From Selaginella moellendorffii (Eukaryota; Plantae; Lycopodiophyta), in NCBI RefSeq assembly GCF_000143415.4, contig NW_003314318.1, forward strand, positions 959,457-1,023,456: a stretch of 64,000 bases of DNA, given 5' to 3'. The notes below the pieces were generated by a model, which searched no databases, was not told where the DNA came from, and saw only the letters and a list, made by a program, of their open reading frames with translations. The position numbers were made by a program, and so were the translations under genes. Each line of letters starts with the position of its first letter. Within the stretch, counting starts at the first letter, position 1. Below are positions 35,982 through 47,354 of this stretch, piece after piece.

Positions 35982-38979
35982 ATGACGATCGTAATAAGCG
36001 CTCGAGCTGTCTCAGCGCTTGCCATTGCCACGCCAAATCGTCGCGTCTGGACTTGCGGAGGATCTCACAAGCAGCAGCAGCAACGGCGTCGCCATTGCCT
36101 GCCTCCAATCCATGCCGCTGCTGCTTCTGGTAATGTTGCCATTCCATTCGAGCAGAAGCCCGCGAAGGTTCCACCTCTCGCTCCATTGCCGACGCCACCG
36201 GTGGAGGCATCCCTTTCTACGGTAACTTGCCAATTCTCTCGATGGAAAACTTCTAGCCTGTCCTTCTTCTTCTTTTCCGATTGATTCGCAGGTCATTCCT
36301 TACCTCTGGAGATTGGCATCCGGGGATAGCAACTTGGGATGGCGGCTCATCGTCGCTGTGAGCTTTTTGTTTGCTGGAAAAGTATGTCGAAAACTTTGCT
36401 CTCTTTTTTTTCTTCCTTGTTCCTTTATGATCTTGCGTTTCGAACAGGCAGCGGGGCTTGCGGGTCCTTTGTTCTTTAAATGGGGAATGGACGTCCTCGC
36501 TCAAGCGCCAGCCAAAGCTCTATCGACACAACAGGTGAAGTTTGCCGTCTTGGCGCTGGTTTTGTCGGCTTTAAGCAAGGTACTCTTGCTGCACTGTATT
36601 CTTCCTTCCTTTCTAGCATGTTTCTGATAGCAGGCATGCGTTGAAGGCCCTTAGTGCAGGACTCAACGAGACGAGGTATTTGATTTTTGCTCCACTCGGT
36701 TTTGCTACCGGTCGCAGAGTGGGAGTTCAGCTGCTGGAACACGTCCTCGGGCTCGACCTGTCTTTCCATCTCGAGAGAAGAACAGGCGCCCTGTCTCGTA
36801 TTCTAGATCGAGCTCAGAGAAGTGTGATGAGCATCTTCCGAGCTGTAGGTAAAGTCTTCTCCTCGGCCATTGTTTCTTGTTCTAAAGTCTTATCGTCTTT
36901 TGATGCTTCTGCAGTTTTTACTTTTGTACCAACAATTTTGGAGCTCCTTCTAGTCTGCGGGCTTCTAGCAAAACAAGTTAGCCCGATTGTTGCTGCTGTT
37001 GTAGTGGTAACGTTCACTGCGTACGTAGCCTGGACGTTTTACATTACGCAGGCTGCTGCATTGAGTCGAAAGGAGGCAAGTACAATCGTGTGTTTGCGCT
37101 CCTAATTTACTGGTGCTCCTTGTCTAGGTGAATAAGCTGGACGAAATGGCCTCCGGTAAAGCCGTGGATGCCTTGCTGAACTACGAAACTGTTGTACAGG
37201 TTTGCAACTTCCGTTTTCTTCTTTCCATTTTCCTTTGATATCATGATTCTCTGCAGTTCAACAATCAAAAGCTAGAAGTTATGCAGTACGATGCTCTGCT
37301 TCAAAATTATCAAAACGCAGCGGTATGTTCTGATTTCAATCTAGTTCGCAATTGTCACTGATTTCTTCCTCACTAGCTTGACTCGGAAAAGCTGGTAGCG
37401 GCGCTAAATGCGGGTCAAGCTCTCATTCAGGCTGTTGGAATCGCGGTCGTAATGGGACTTGCGGGGTTTCAGGTGTCTCAAGGCATTATCACCGTCGGAG
37501 ATCTTGTGTTGGCTAATGGTTTGATACTTCAACTCTCTGGACCGCTACAGGTTAGCAAGTCGAACCTTTTTTTTTCAATTTACATAGCGAACCAGGAATT
37601 CCTTTTCAAGGTGTAACATTTTCTCAACATGGATTTACAGTTTCTGGGGTTCATTTACAGAGAGCTTCGGCAGTCGCTTGTTGATCTGGAGTCCCTCTTC
37701 GGAATTTTAAGGTTCTGAGTATCTCACATGAAGAATCCATTGTTTTAACTGACAGTGTTTGGTCCAGACGAAAACCGATGCTCAAGGATGGTACCATAGA
37801 TCTTCCTTACAACAGCAAAGGACTTCATTTGAAGGCGCACGATCTCCAGTTTAGCTACTCATCGAGAAAAGTAACCAAGTTTGTGTTTGTTTTTCCCTTC
37901 CATTTTATAACGCATGTAACAGGTCTTGCATGGAGTTTCGTTTGAAGTTCTTCCTGGACAAAGTCTAGCGATTGTTGGACCATCTGGATCTGGAAAGTCT
38001 ACAATATTGAAGCTGCTCCTTCGTCTATATGACCCTGAAAGCGGCAGGCTTTCGTTTGATGGTCAAGACTTACGTTCCATAACACAGGTCTGAACAATGT
38101 CTTCCATTTTTGTTCTTCTTTTTTATTTTGTTGGACTTCCAGGCGTCACTCCGTAGGGCAGTTGCAGTTGTTCCTCAGGAAACGGTATGCCTTATTCTGA
38201 AATTACTCCTTATTAGTGACCGGTGTATTGCAGGTGCTTTTTAACGACACAATTTCAAAAAACATTCTATACGGTCGACCCTCGGCAAAAGAAGAAGAAG
38301 TTGTCAATGCGGCCAAACAAGCGGTAGGCGTTTTTTTTTTTTCGTTTTTCCTTCCCCTTTAGCTCTAGTGTTTTGTGATACTCATGGATGCAGAGACTGC
38401 ACGATACTGTGTTGCAAATGCCGGATTTATACAACAGTGCTGTTGGCGAACGGGGCCTGAAGGTACAATTGTTTTTTCTAAAAGGGTAAAAACTATTGAT
38501 GCCATGACTGATGAAACTTTCAGCTTAGTGGCGGTGAGAAGCAAAGGGTGGCCATTGCTAGAGCGTTTCTTAAGGCCCCAAGGTTACTAGTGTGTGACGA
38601 AGCTACCAGTGCACTGGATTCAACAACGGAAGTCCGTTTTCTAAGTTTGCATCTGTCCCGTCTGAGTTTTTTTCTTCGCGCAGGCGGCTATCTTAAACTC
38701 TCTCAAGGAACTGGCAACAGGTCGGACCTGCGTCTTTGTCGCGCATCGCCTCTCGACTATCATGCACTGTGACAAAATCCTGGTAGCGAAAACTATCCCC
38801 TCTAGTTCCTTAATCTCGATCAACCATTTCCATTTCCACTTCCACCTTTTCAGGTGCTAGACGCTGGAGTGATCGTGGAGCAAGGCACGCATCACAAGCT
38901 CCTGGCAATGAAGGGAATGTACTCCAGAATGTGGGCGCTGCAAGAGTCGGAAAGCCAGAGAAAGCTCGTGAAGCAATAA
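35982..38979 (+). CDS. ABC transporter B family half-transporter, ATM/ABCB7-like, with organellar transit peptide; many exons
   Basis: [29 protein letters not shown], Walker [43 protein letters not shown] and AHRLSTI. Confidence 0.93.
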
Positions 38980-39047
38980 CAACAAAATCAAATCGTTTGA
39001 TCTGAAGCAAAGTAAGTCCATATCATTATTGTGAGTTTATCAGTTTC

Positions 39048-39537
39048 TTAACAAGCATCTGCAGTGTATGTGAGACTATTGTCTTGAAGCCATGCGTTCA
39101 CTTTAAATGACACTGGCCTAGACATGTGGTTTTGAGAGAATGGTGGGATGTATTCCACCCAGTCTACAAACCAGCCAGGATTCTTTCCTTTGTTATTGTG
39201 GTGCAGCACCATTCTACACACTGGATCAAATGCTTGGAGGCAATTTGCTACCAATCCTGTGAATGTTGATAGTGAGCAAATCTCAAAATCATCTATGCGA
39301 GGATTATCCAGGGTGAATTGGACACTGGCTCCTAATAGTGTAGTGAATGTTACATCTACATCAGCATCAGTTCCGGCCCATTGAACACAGCCAGTTTTAA
39401 TATTCACACCATATGTGCATTGTTTATCCTGGATAATGATATTGTTAGTAATTACGTGAAAGGAGAAAAACATAAGTAACCTTTGCTACAGCCAAAGCTG
39501 GAATAGGAAATAATATACAAATAATAAAAAGTAGCAT
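39048..39537 (-). CDS. Secreted PLAT/LH2-domain protein, 2 exons
   Basis: Signal-peptide exon MLLFIICILFPIPALAVAK, followed by CTYGVNIKTG..AGTDADV..DDFEICSLSTF..HNNKGKNPGWFVDWVE. Confidence 0.88.
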
Positions 39538-39813
39538 GTTATGTCCTGCAGAGAAACTTGGAACAAATACATTTATATCTCAAAGTTTTATGATCAATCA
39601 TCTGATAATCAATAATGCATAATCTCTATGCTGCTATTTTGGTTTTATTGTATAATTGGTCCTAGCTGGTTTATGATATTTAAGGAAATATCAAAATAGA
39701 TTTTTCTAAAATAAAGAAACTATTTCTCTCTTCCTTTCTTTAATCAATTTTATGTAAATTTATTTCACTGGAACTTACACACTAGGATAGATTCAGAGAC
39801 TTCTATCATATAT

Positions 39814-40173
39814 TCACGAGTGGTGGCAGCGCTCGCCAACGTCGAGCTGCACTTGGCACGACTGGGCAATGGGGAGAAGCGACTTGATGACTGTTCTTCC
39901 CGGGTACTCGGGGCTGCAAACGCACCCTGGATTAAGAACGTTGCGGATGGCATCACAGCAATCGTCCTGCGGGGCGCCGCTCTGCGATCCCAAGCACGTC
40001 AGCAGCTGGTACTGGTTGCATCCCAGGCGACTAGACGCAGAGATCTCCGCTGGAACAAGCAGCGACGACGAGACGGAGCGATGAGCCATCTGAGGCAGCA
40101 GCAGCGCCACCGCCAGCAACACCCGCGCGCACCGCCGCCATGAGAAGCAGCCCCTCGCGCCGAGGAATTCCAT
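39814..40173 (-). CDS. Non-specific lipid transfer protein-like (8-cysteine motif) protein
   Basis: Hydrophobic signal region followed by C-X7-C-X11-CC-X10-CXC-X19-C-X9-C. Confidence 0.85.
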   Translation of the reverse strand: MEFLGARGCFSWRRCARVLLAVALLLPQMAHRSVSSSLLVPAEISASSRLGCNQYQLLTCLGSQSGAPQDDCCDAIRNVLNPGCVCSPEYPGRTVIKSLLPIAQSCQVQLDVGERCHHS

Positions 40174-40339
40174 TCGATAGATGAAGAGTTTCTCTCTCCC
40201 TCCTTTGAATGCCGTGGTGGTGATACCCTCTGGTGAATCAATCGATCGACTTATAGCGCGCTCCTGGCGAGGGGGGAGAGAGAGAGAGAGAGAATATGTG
40301 CGTGAGGCTCTCAGAACACGAGTTTTTTTGGTAGGTGGA

Positions 40340-40620
40340 CCTTGCGGTGTGGCTCTTCCTCTACTAAAGAGTTCACGCTATTTCTTTGGCGTCAAACATT
40401 CAAACTTAGCATCAGTGACACTGCTAATACGTGAACTGCGCGAGACTACCTCGCTGGGAAATTCCTAGTCTATAATTATCGCCAGAGTTCCATCAACCTT
40501 TGACCCAATCTTCTCTGTTTCTATAGAATGCTATCACTCCATACTCGCAAATCACGCATTACTCTTTTGCAAAGGCAGTGGGAATGCTGGGAATCTCCAT
40601 GGCTCGGGAAGCATTCGAAC
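40340..40620 (+). pseudogene. Fragment of the same unidentified family (copy 2)
   Basis: CGAGACTACCTCGCTGGGAA.TTCCTAGTCT and TATCGCCAGAGTTCCATCAA are shared with the 35.4-35.6 kb copy. Confidence 0.5.
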
Positions 40621-41768
40621 CAGAATATGTTGATTCGACTCTCGTCAAGCTTGTCGAGTTCTGCGTTTCCACATGGCGGTTTAAAAAAAAGCTTATAAAG
40701 TTTTTGATTATTAGAATAAGTTTAAACCCATTTAGAAATTAGAAAGTAAAACTATAGTGTTAAATTATATAATAATTATTATTATTACTATATTATTAAA
40801 GTTTTTCCAAGGATATATAGACTGTGACAGTATAAAGGTTTTTGTTATAACCAATCATATTTAAATATTCAGATCAAATTGTTTTATTTCCATATCTTAT
40901 AATGTTTTCATAACAAAATTAAATTCCAACTTTCAACACCTACTAAAATTACAAATATATAGTCAAGTCATAACACACAACTGTTTGCTGAGAATGAATT
41001 TGACTCCTTATACATATTTGACAAGACTTTATATTTTTTAACTAAAATGTCATTTAGAGTTTTATTTTATTATAATTTGTAATTATTAGAAACCTATCAT
41101 TTTATTATATTTTTCAGCCATTAAATTAATAATTCTTTATTTAAAGAACTAGACTTATTTAACTTTTTTTTCTATGATTTTCTGGTATATCAATCATTTT
41201 ACTTCAAAAGTTCATACTATTGTTAATCTTGCTATTACCTCAAAAATTCATAATGTTAATTCAGACTGTAACAATGCTGAAAATGAAGTGTCATCTAGAT
41301 CATTACCTGTGAACATTTTTATATACAATAAATCTCAAGCTTTCAAACATAAAATAGATGCTTCACTTGTTTCTAAAATTTCTTTTGCCAGACTTTAAGT
41401 GTTATAATTTTTTTAAAGCTAATGCATACTATAAAACATCTGGGTGGCATGGCTCGGCATTTACTGCTAAGTAGCAGCTTAATGATTTTTTACAATATTG
41501 AAAGCTATAAAAACAGAGTTCCTTAGAAAATTCTAATTTTTATTTTATTATATCCAGAGCAAACTTCCATGGCTCCAGCCTGGAAAACTTTGCCTTCTTT
41601 GTTCATTTTGGTTCTGCTTAATGTCAGGACGAACTCCATGTCCAAGTAGACTAAATTACCATATAAAATAAATATGGTTAGCTGTTTATTGGACTTTTAA
41701 CTTTAATATTTTGTATCCTAGTGCAATAGACAGAAATAATATCCCAAATCAGCCATTCGAATACACAA

Positions 41769-42161
41769 ATGGCAAGCTATTTTGTGTGCACAGTGCTTAC
41801 TTTGATTATTATTGGCTTGAAAGGTCACGCTGTTGATGTTAATCCAGATTGTGCAGATGATGATTGGGAGACTGAAATGAAGTGCCATTTAAAATATTAC
41901 CAGCATTCCCAAGACGTGAACGTTTTTATACATGATGGCTCTAAAGATTTCCATTACAAACAAGAGCCTTTTCCCCTTGTTGAGAATGCTTATTTTATTA
42001 GAAAACGAACAACTTTTTATGTTATAGTTTTCAAAGGGAGTGGATATTATGAAACTTCTGGATGGCATGGCTGGTCCTCATGGGCTTTCACTGGATGTTA
42101 TACTCACACTACAGATACCAATTCAGTGACATTTTATAGCGTTTCAGACTGTAAAAGTTAG
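41769..42161 (+). CDS. Small secreted orphan protein (130 aa, intronless)
   Basis: Clean ORF within an AT-rich island. It has an N-terminal signal peptide, 4 Cys in the mature part and the aromatic motif FYVIVFKGSGYYETSGWHGWSSWAFTGC. Confidence 0.75.
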   Translation: MASYFVCTVLTLIIIGLKGHAVDVNPDCADDDWETEMKCHLKYYQHSQDVNVFIHDGSKDFHYKQEPFPLVENAYFIRKRTTFYVIVFKGSGYYETSGWHGWSSWAFTGCYTHTTDTNSVTFYSVSDCKS

Positions 42162-42165
42162 AAGT

Positions 42166-42347
42166 GCTTTTAATCTCACTAAGTAGTTCATGCAGTCCTT
42201 GAGATTTCGAAGAGCAATTCTCCAGGCTCACAGGTCTGGAAAGTTTGGCTTTCTTGCGCTTTTAATCTCACAGACTAGTCCTTGAAATTCTATCTTACTG
42301 CAATTCTCCATAGGCTCACAAGTCTGGAAACTTTAGCTTTCTTGCAC
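42166..42347. repeat. Two tandem ~90-bp direct repeats, with a third diverged copy at ~41515-41601
   Basis: CTTTTAATCTCAC..AGTCCTTGA..GCAATTCTCCA.GGCTCACA.GTCTGGAAA..T.GCTTTCTTGC is repeated. Confidence 0.8.
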
Positions 42348-42502
42348 CTCGGTTTTCGCGGTAAGTTTTGTCGACTTTGAGTCGGCCTGTAAAGCCTTGT
42401 GGCAGCTGGCCGGGTTCTACGAAGTCAAAACGAGCCGGAAGTTCCAAGTTGCATCTCACGAAAGCTGTGCACGAGGTTTCTCCCCTGGTTGTCCGGAGAT
42501 TT

Positions 42503-44593
42503 CTATCTACAGAATGGAAGAAACAAGTCGAGATCAGACTGACAACCTCGAGCTTGAGACTCACTTTTGCTGCTTGAGTTCCTTCAGTCGAACTTCAATG
42601 TTGTGGACGACGCTACACAAAACCAAAGTGGATCGATTGGGATCTACTTGAAAGAATAAAACTACGTTGCTTACCTCTCTGGTAGCGATGGCAGCTCCTT
42701 TACAATCGAGAGCACCATGTCAGCTTCACTCTCGTGGCCTCCATACGTCGTTGGCTCTGCAAAAGCTTGTGAGCGTAAAAGAAAACGATAGAGGCTACTA
42801 ACCTGGCTCAACGTCTCCAAATACTTCCCCGCCGCTTCGAAGGTACTTTGTAGCGCGAGGTCCAAGAGCTCCAGCCAGTTTCTCCTTCATGGCTCGCCCG
42901 ATCAGAACATACGCAAGCGCAGCAGTCTCGTCGGCAACTCCAGTGACATCCTTGTCGACTGAATCCACCTGCTCGTCATCCTCGAAGTTGATCTTCCCCT
43001 TTTCTTCCGGATTCTCTTCGATCTTGAGCTGGGACGAGCATAAGCTGTAGTCGAAGGTGTCGAAGTCATCGTCGTCAGCGTCGTCGGCGTCGGCCTGTTT
43101 GGCGGACATTTGTGTTTCGATCCACTCCCAGCTCACTTGCGCCAGCTCGCTGCTAAGATTCAGCACAGCCTCCACTTCTGCTTCCTTGCGCTTCGGGTTC
43201 CGGGTGTCAGCTACGCTTGAAAACTTGAGACTTCGCGGTCTGGCTGCCACTACCATGTCCACGGCCTCTTGCACGGACTCGGGTACCGTCTGACGCGTAC
43301 ATCTGTAGAGCGCCTCGCGTAGTATGTTCTTGATGGACTCGACGTAAACTCCTGGATGTTTCATCGTGTTCTTCTTGGTTTGTGTCAAAGTCTCATACAC
43401 CGCCTCCAGTTCTTCGAATGGAAGTGCGTGGAGCTGGGCGATGGCCGAGAGTAGCTTTGTTTGCAGCAGCTCGGTGTCCGGGTGTAGAGCATCTAGCTTC
43501 AATACAAGCTGGTTGTCGTGCCCCTGAACTTCACGTGCATGGAGACTGATCACCCACAAGGCCCTCTGCAAAGGCTGTGGCAAGCCATCCGAGCCACCTC
43601 GCGTAGCCTCTTCCAAGAAGTTCTCGCAAAGTCTTGTGACGCGCGCCACAAGTTTTGCTCGGGTACCGCCGATCTTGACGACATATAGTTGCTGTTGCTC
43701 GTAAGGCTGCTCGGACAAGAGATCCGCCATCGCACGCAAGCAGCGATGTGGCAAGTCCTGTAGCGTCGAGAGTATCAACTTCGCAGCTTCTATACGACTA
43801 CACCCCTCCGGAAACCGAGGTAGCTCCATTGCTGTGGATCCCGGAAGCTTTTCCGTATCATACCGTATTCGTTTTCGTTTCCCTCGCGATCCCTTCAAGC
43901 CTCTTAAGAACTTTACTACGTTTTCCAGCCCCTGTTCTCCAGACTCTCCCAGTCTAAGCCCGATCTTTTGCAGGATGGAACGCTCCAGCCAAGCCCGATA
44001 CTTCCTTTTCTTTGTGTCTTGCGTGAGCGTCGAGAACAAGGCTGACACCTCTGAGAAGCGTAGAGTTCTTATCAGCGTGGGCAGACCTTCCAGGATTTCC
44101 AGATTCGAGAGCCCGTCCAGATTGTTTACGTCCAGCGCATTCTCACTATCATCGTCTCCTTCCTTCAAATGGTCGAGTGCTGTCTCGACTACGTTGTGGA
44201 TCAGAGAGTAGCCATCCTGGAAATGTAGCACTGATAGAAAAGAAAAAAAAAAGTGAAAGAAATCCAAGAACTTACGCTACTATCATCCCTCCGTAGAAAC
44301 GACTCAGCAATACATCTACAAAGAAGAAAGAAGAAATAAAACGAGCAGCGAGGAATAGTTACTTCTCATCGTCAACAAACGCGCATTTATCCATGACGCG
44401 CAGCGTTGTCTCGGGCCAATTTCGTCCCAGCCATCTACAAACAAGCAAGAAGCGCGATCGCGATCTATTACCAGCGACTCTAGCTGCTTTACCTGCGCTT
44501 GAGGACGAGCTGCTGCTCCTGGAAATAGATCGCCGCCATGAGCTTCGTGGCATCCTTTCGCAGCGCGTCCCAGTCGTGGTCCTCTTCCGCCAT
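42503..44593 (-). CDS. Conserved plant uncharacterised protein, multi-exon (main exon 42798-44217)
   Basis: N-terminal IYFQEQQLVLKRR/WLG and ESFLRRDD motifs resemble a conserved plant unknown family. It has a long open exon and an acidic tract. Confidence 0.7.
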
Positions 44594-44763
44594 TGAGCTC
44601 TTTATTTCTCAAGAACCCTAAAACTCCTGGATAGGAATCGAAATATTTCTTCTTCCGGATGAGGAGGAGCGAGCGATCGCGGTGGAGCTGTCCTGGGAGC
44701 TGGTAAGTCCGCGCAGCCATCGCAGCGCTAGGAAGGCCTAATCGCGTTCTCTGTTTCCAGGCC

Positions 44764-45870
44764 ATGACCTCGCGGAGCGCCGCTTCTCCGAAAATGCATC
44801 ACCACCATCGCCCCCATTCGGCCGCCAAATCTCTCCCCGTGGCGCTGCGAGGAGCGCTGCCGGTAGTACTGATCGAGGCCACCAGGAAGAAGAAATCCTC
44901 GCTCCGGAAAAATGGGGAGCTAGCCTGCCCCGTCAAGCCGCCATCGCTCTTTGTCAAGCAATCGCCAGTCCCGGCGCGGCGGCCTCTCCGCTGCGTTCCA
45001 TTCACGGATCTCGAGACAGGGCCGGTGGAATCGCGACATTCTCGGCAGGGAAGCGATGGTGGAAGAAAGAGTGAATCGTCTTCTTCTTCTTCACTGGTTA
45101 TGGTGGAGGCGAGCAATGCGATCGAGGAACAGGGCAAGGCGTCCAAGTGGGCGAGCTTGTTCGAGGCCGCGAGCACGAGCAGGCCTAGCGGAGAGTCCCA
45201 GCAGGATCAATCCTCCAAGGACGCGGATGCCTGGTTTGACAAGATCTTCCCAAAGAACGTCGGCCAGGCGAAAGAGGGCGATGCCTTCGCGGCTCCCAAG
45301 CTCAGCGCCCAGCAGGAGAAATCCATCCAGCAGCTCCAGACGCTGGTCAAGACGCTGGGAGTGGCGACGAGGAACCCACCACCGCCAACCCGGAGGAACA
45401 AGCCGAGTAACAAGATCATCCGGCAGCTTCCAGTCCAAGGCGGAGCTGGAATCGTGGACCCAGTGCCATTTTCTTCGATACTCAAGAAGCTCCAGTCGGT
45501 CTCCACGGCGGGGGCTCCAGCGCCTTCTTCGTCGTCTCAGCTGAAAGGATCGACCAAGTTGGCAGTCCAAGAACAGGAGGAAGAGGGCGAGGATTTAGAA
45601 GATGGTGGATCGAGCGAGGAGGAGACCGACTCGGAAACCGAGAGTGATGAAGCTGGCGGAGAGATCCTCCAGCAGCAGGAGGAGCAAATCGTAGCTTCAT
45701 CGTCAGCGATTGAAGAGAACGAAGAACAGCCCCAAGAAGCATCGATCGAGGAGCAAGTGAATCTCGCCAAGCTAACAGTGGTGAGCTTGAGATCCATCGC
45801 CAAATCTCGGGGCCTCACTGGATTCTCGAAGATGAAGAAGAGCGATTTGGTCGAGCTCTTGAAGAACTAG
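44764..45870 (+). CDS. Rho-termination-factor N-terminal (Rho_N) domain protein, RHON1-like, intronless
   Basis: Low-complexity body with C-terminal LAKLTVVSLRSIAKSRGLTGFSKMKKSDLVELL. Confidence 0.85.
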   Translation: MTSRSAASPKMHHHHRPHSAAKSLPVALRGALPVVLIEATRKKKSSLRKNGELACPVKPPSLFVKQSPVPARRPLRCVPFTDLETGPVESRHSRQGSDGGRKSESSSSSSLVMVEASNAIEEQGKASKWASLFEAASTSRPSGESQQDQSSKDADAWFDKIFPKNVGQAKEGDAFAAPKLSAQQEKSIQQLQTLVKTLGVATRNPPPPTRRNKPSNKIIRQLPVQGGAGIVDPVPFSSILKKLQSVSTAGAPAPSSSSQLKGSTKLAVQEQEEEGEDLEDGGSSEEETDSETESDEAGGEILQQQEEQIVASSSAIEENEEQPQEASIEEQVNLAKLTVVSLRSIAKSRGLTGFSKMKKSDLVELLKN

Positions 45871-46355
45871 CATTCTTGAGATCTTTTGAATTTAAAATTT
45901 TCCCGCAGAAATCGCCACCGTCGCTCCCGGCGTGGATGATCTCCACCGCTGCTTTAGGGAAAGGGCGTAGCCCTAGAGGAGAGCGATGCGCTCGAGTAGA
46001 TGGCCAGCGAAGCTGCGGCTCCCGGATCTCCCAGGCAGAGATCTCCCACTCAATCGCCTCAGCAATCCCCGCGGGAGCAGGCGCCAGCAGCAGATCCAGA
46101 GCCGCGAGCTCCAGATCCACCACCAGCCGAGGAGGATGTGACCGCTCCTCCCGAGCCCCCAGCGGCGGTGGCGGCGGCTCCACCAGCGACGACAGAGGTG
46201 AGCGTGGCTGGAGAGGACCGGAAGCTAAGCCGCTGGAGCGGCAGCTGATCAAGCGCGAGGTTGTTCGTGTGGAAGCGGCATGGCTCAAGAGGAAGAAGGG
46301 AAATCCCAACCTCAATCCAAGGGGATTTCAAGTGATTTGCACGCTCAGTGGCGGC

Positions 46356-46916
46356 ATGGATCCCGCGACTGCGAAGAAAGCGTCGATCGGATCAAAGCCG
46401 CCTCCACTGATCAAGGTAAATTCTAAGCTTGTTTCTAGAGTTGGATGGTTTGAGAAGCTTTTTTTTTTGTTCTTGGACAGGATCAACGCGAGCCACCATT
46501 CAAGAGCATTGCGGTTGATGTCAAAGAGTTTCCAGACGCCTATATGTTCGTAGCAGACGTTCCAGGATTGAGGAACACGGACATCAAGGTAGAGCTTCTG
46601 TCTAGATTGTTTCAAAGATCGGATTTTTATCGCTTTTTCTCGACAGATCGATGTTGTCAACGATCGATTCATGACGATCTCTGGCGGCCGATCCCGCAAC
46701 GATGAACCCGGTGCTTACTACATAAGTTTAGAGCGCACAATGGGCAAGTTCATCCGGAAGTTCCAGCTCCCAGGGAACTCTAATCTGGATGCCATGAGAG
46801 CAGGCTGCCAAGATGGTGTTCTTACAATCTTTGTCCCCATGGCGCCGCCGCTTGCCGAGCCCGTCGTCCGGCCAGTGCTAGACGTCGCCTGGGATAGAAG
46901 AAAGAGCAAAGGCTAA
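46356..46916 (+). CDS. Small heat-shock protein (HSP20/alpha-crystallin domain), 3 exons; N-terminus may extend upstream
   Basis: AVDVKEFPDAYMFVADVPGL..DIK/IDV, ISGGR, ERTMGKFIRKFQLP and AGCQDGVLTIFVP. Confidence 0.88.
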
Positions 46917-47035
46917 TCTTCCATCACATTGATAGATGAGAAGCAAAATTTTCCGGATTGGATAAGAAGGATTTGTTCTTCCTGGGTTTTTTTGCAAGAG
47001 CATTGTAAAGATGAAGCAACCATCGAAAGAAGAAA

Positions 47036-47123
47036 TGGGGCATCATACGAATGCTTTGTCAACACAAAAGAATTCTGTCCCGAAAGATGGTGTTTGACAT
47101 AGAGATTGAAATCATCTGCCCCA
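47036..47123 (-). ncRNA. snoR39BY: Box C/D snoRNA, snoR39BY/snR39B type, with variant C/D boxes
   Basis: TGGGGCA/TGCCCCA stem. The guide CACCATCTTTCGGG before D' CAGA complements 25S CCCGAAAGAUGGUG, and D'+5 is the yeast Gm805 equivalent. C = AUGAUUU, D = AUGA. Confidence 0.75.
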
Positions 47124-47149
47124 ACTTCACTTCTTCGAGAAAACCATTT

Positions 47150-47228
47150 GTTCTGTCAGCAAAAAATTAGAGTGCCAATGTTTGCACATCAAATAAATCT
47201 ATCAGACAAATCGGTCATCCTCCAGAAC
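47150..47228 (-). ncRNA. Box C/D snoRNA with an 18S guide
   Basis: GTTCTG/CAGAAC stem, C = AGGATGA, D' and D = CTGA. The 15-nt guide GCACTCTAATTTTTT complements 18S AAAAAAUUAGAGUGC. Confidence 0.82.
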
Positions 47229-47236
47229 AAGAGCAA

Positions 47237-47324
47237 TTCTCAGAAATCTCGTGTGGATTCACCGTATCTCCATGTCCCGGAGGAGCATCAGATGGAGCTC
47301 TTGTGTGAAGATCTCATCACCGAA
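47237..47324 (-). ncRNA. Box C/D snoRNA with a 25S guide
   Basis: C = GTGATGA, D' and D = CTGA. The guide TCCACACGAGATTT complements 25S AAAUCUCGUGUGGA. Confidence 0.82.
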
Positions 47325-47354
47325 AACGCACACATTCTAACCTAAAAGACTCCC

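Noticed and set aside
38186-38195. GTATGCCTT donor resembling a U12 intron
   Set aside because: It does not match the GTATCCTT consensus and no U12 branch site is evident.
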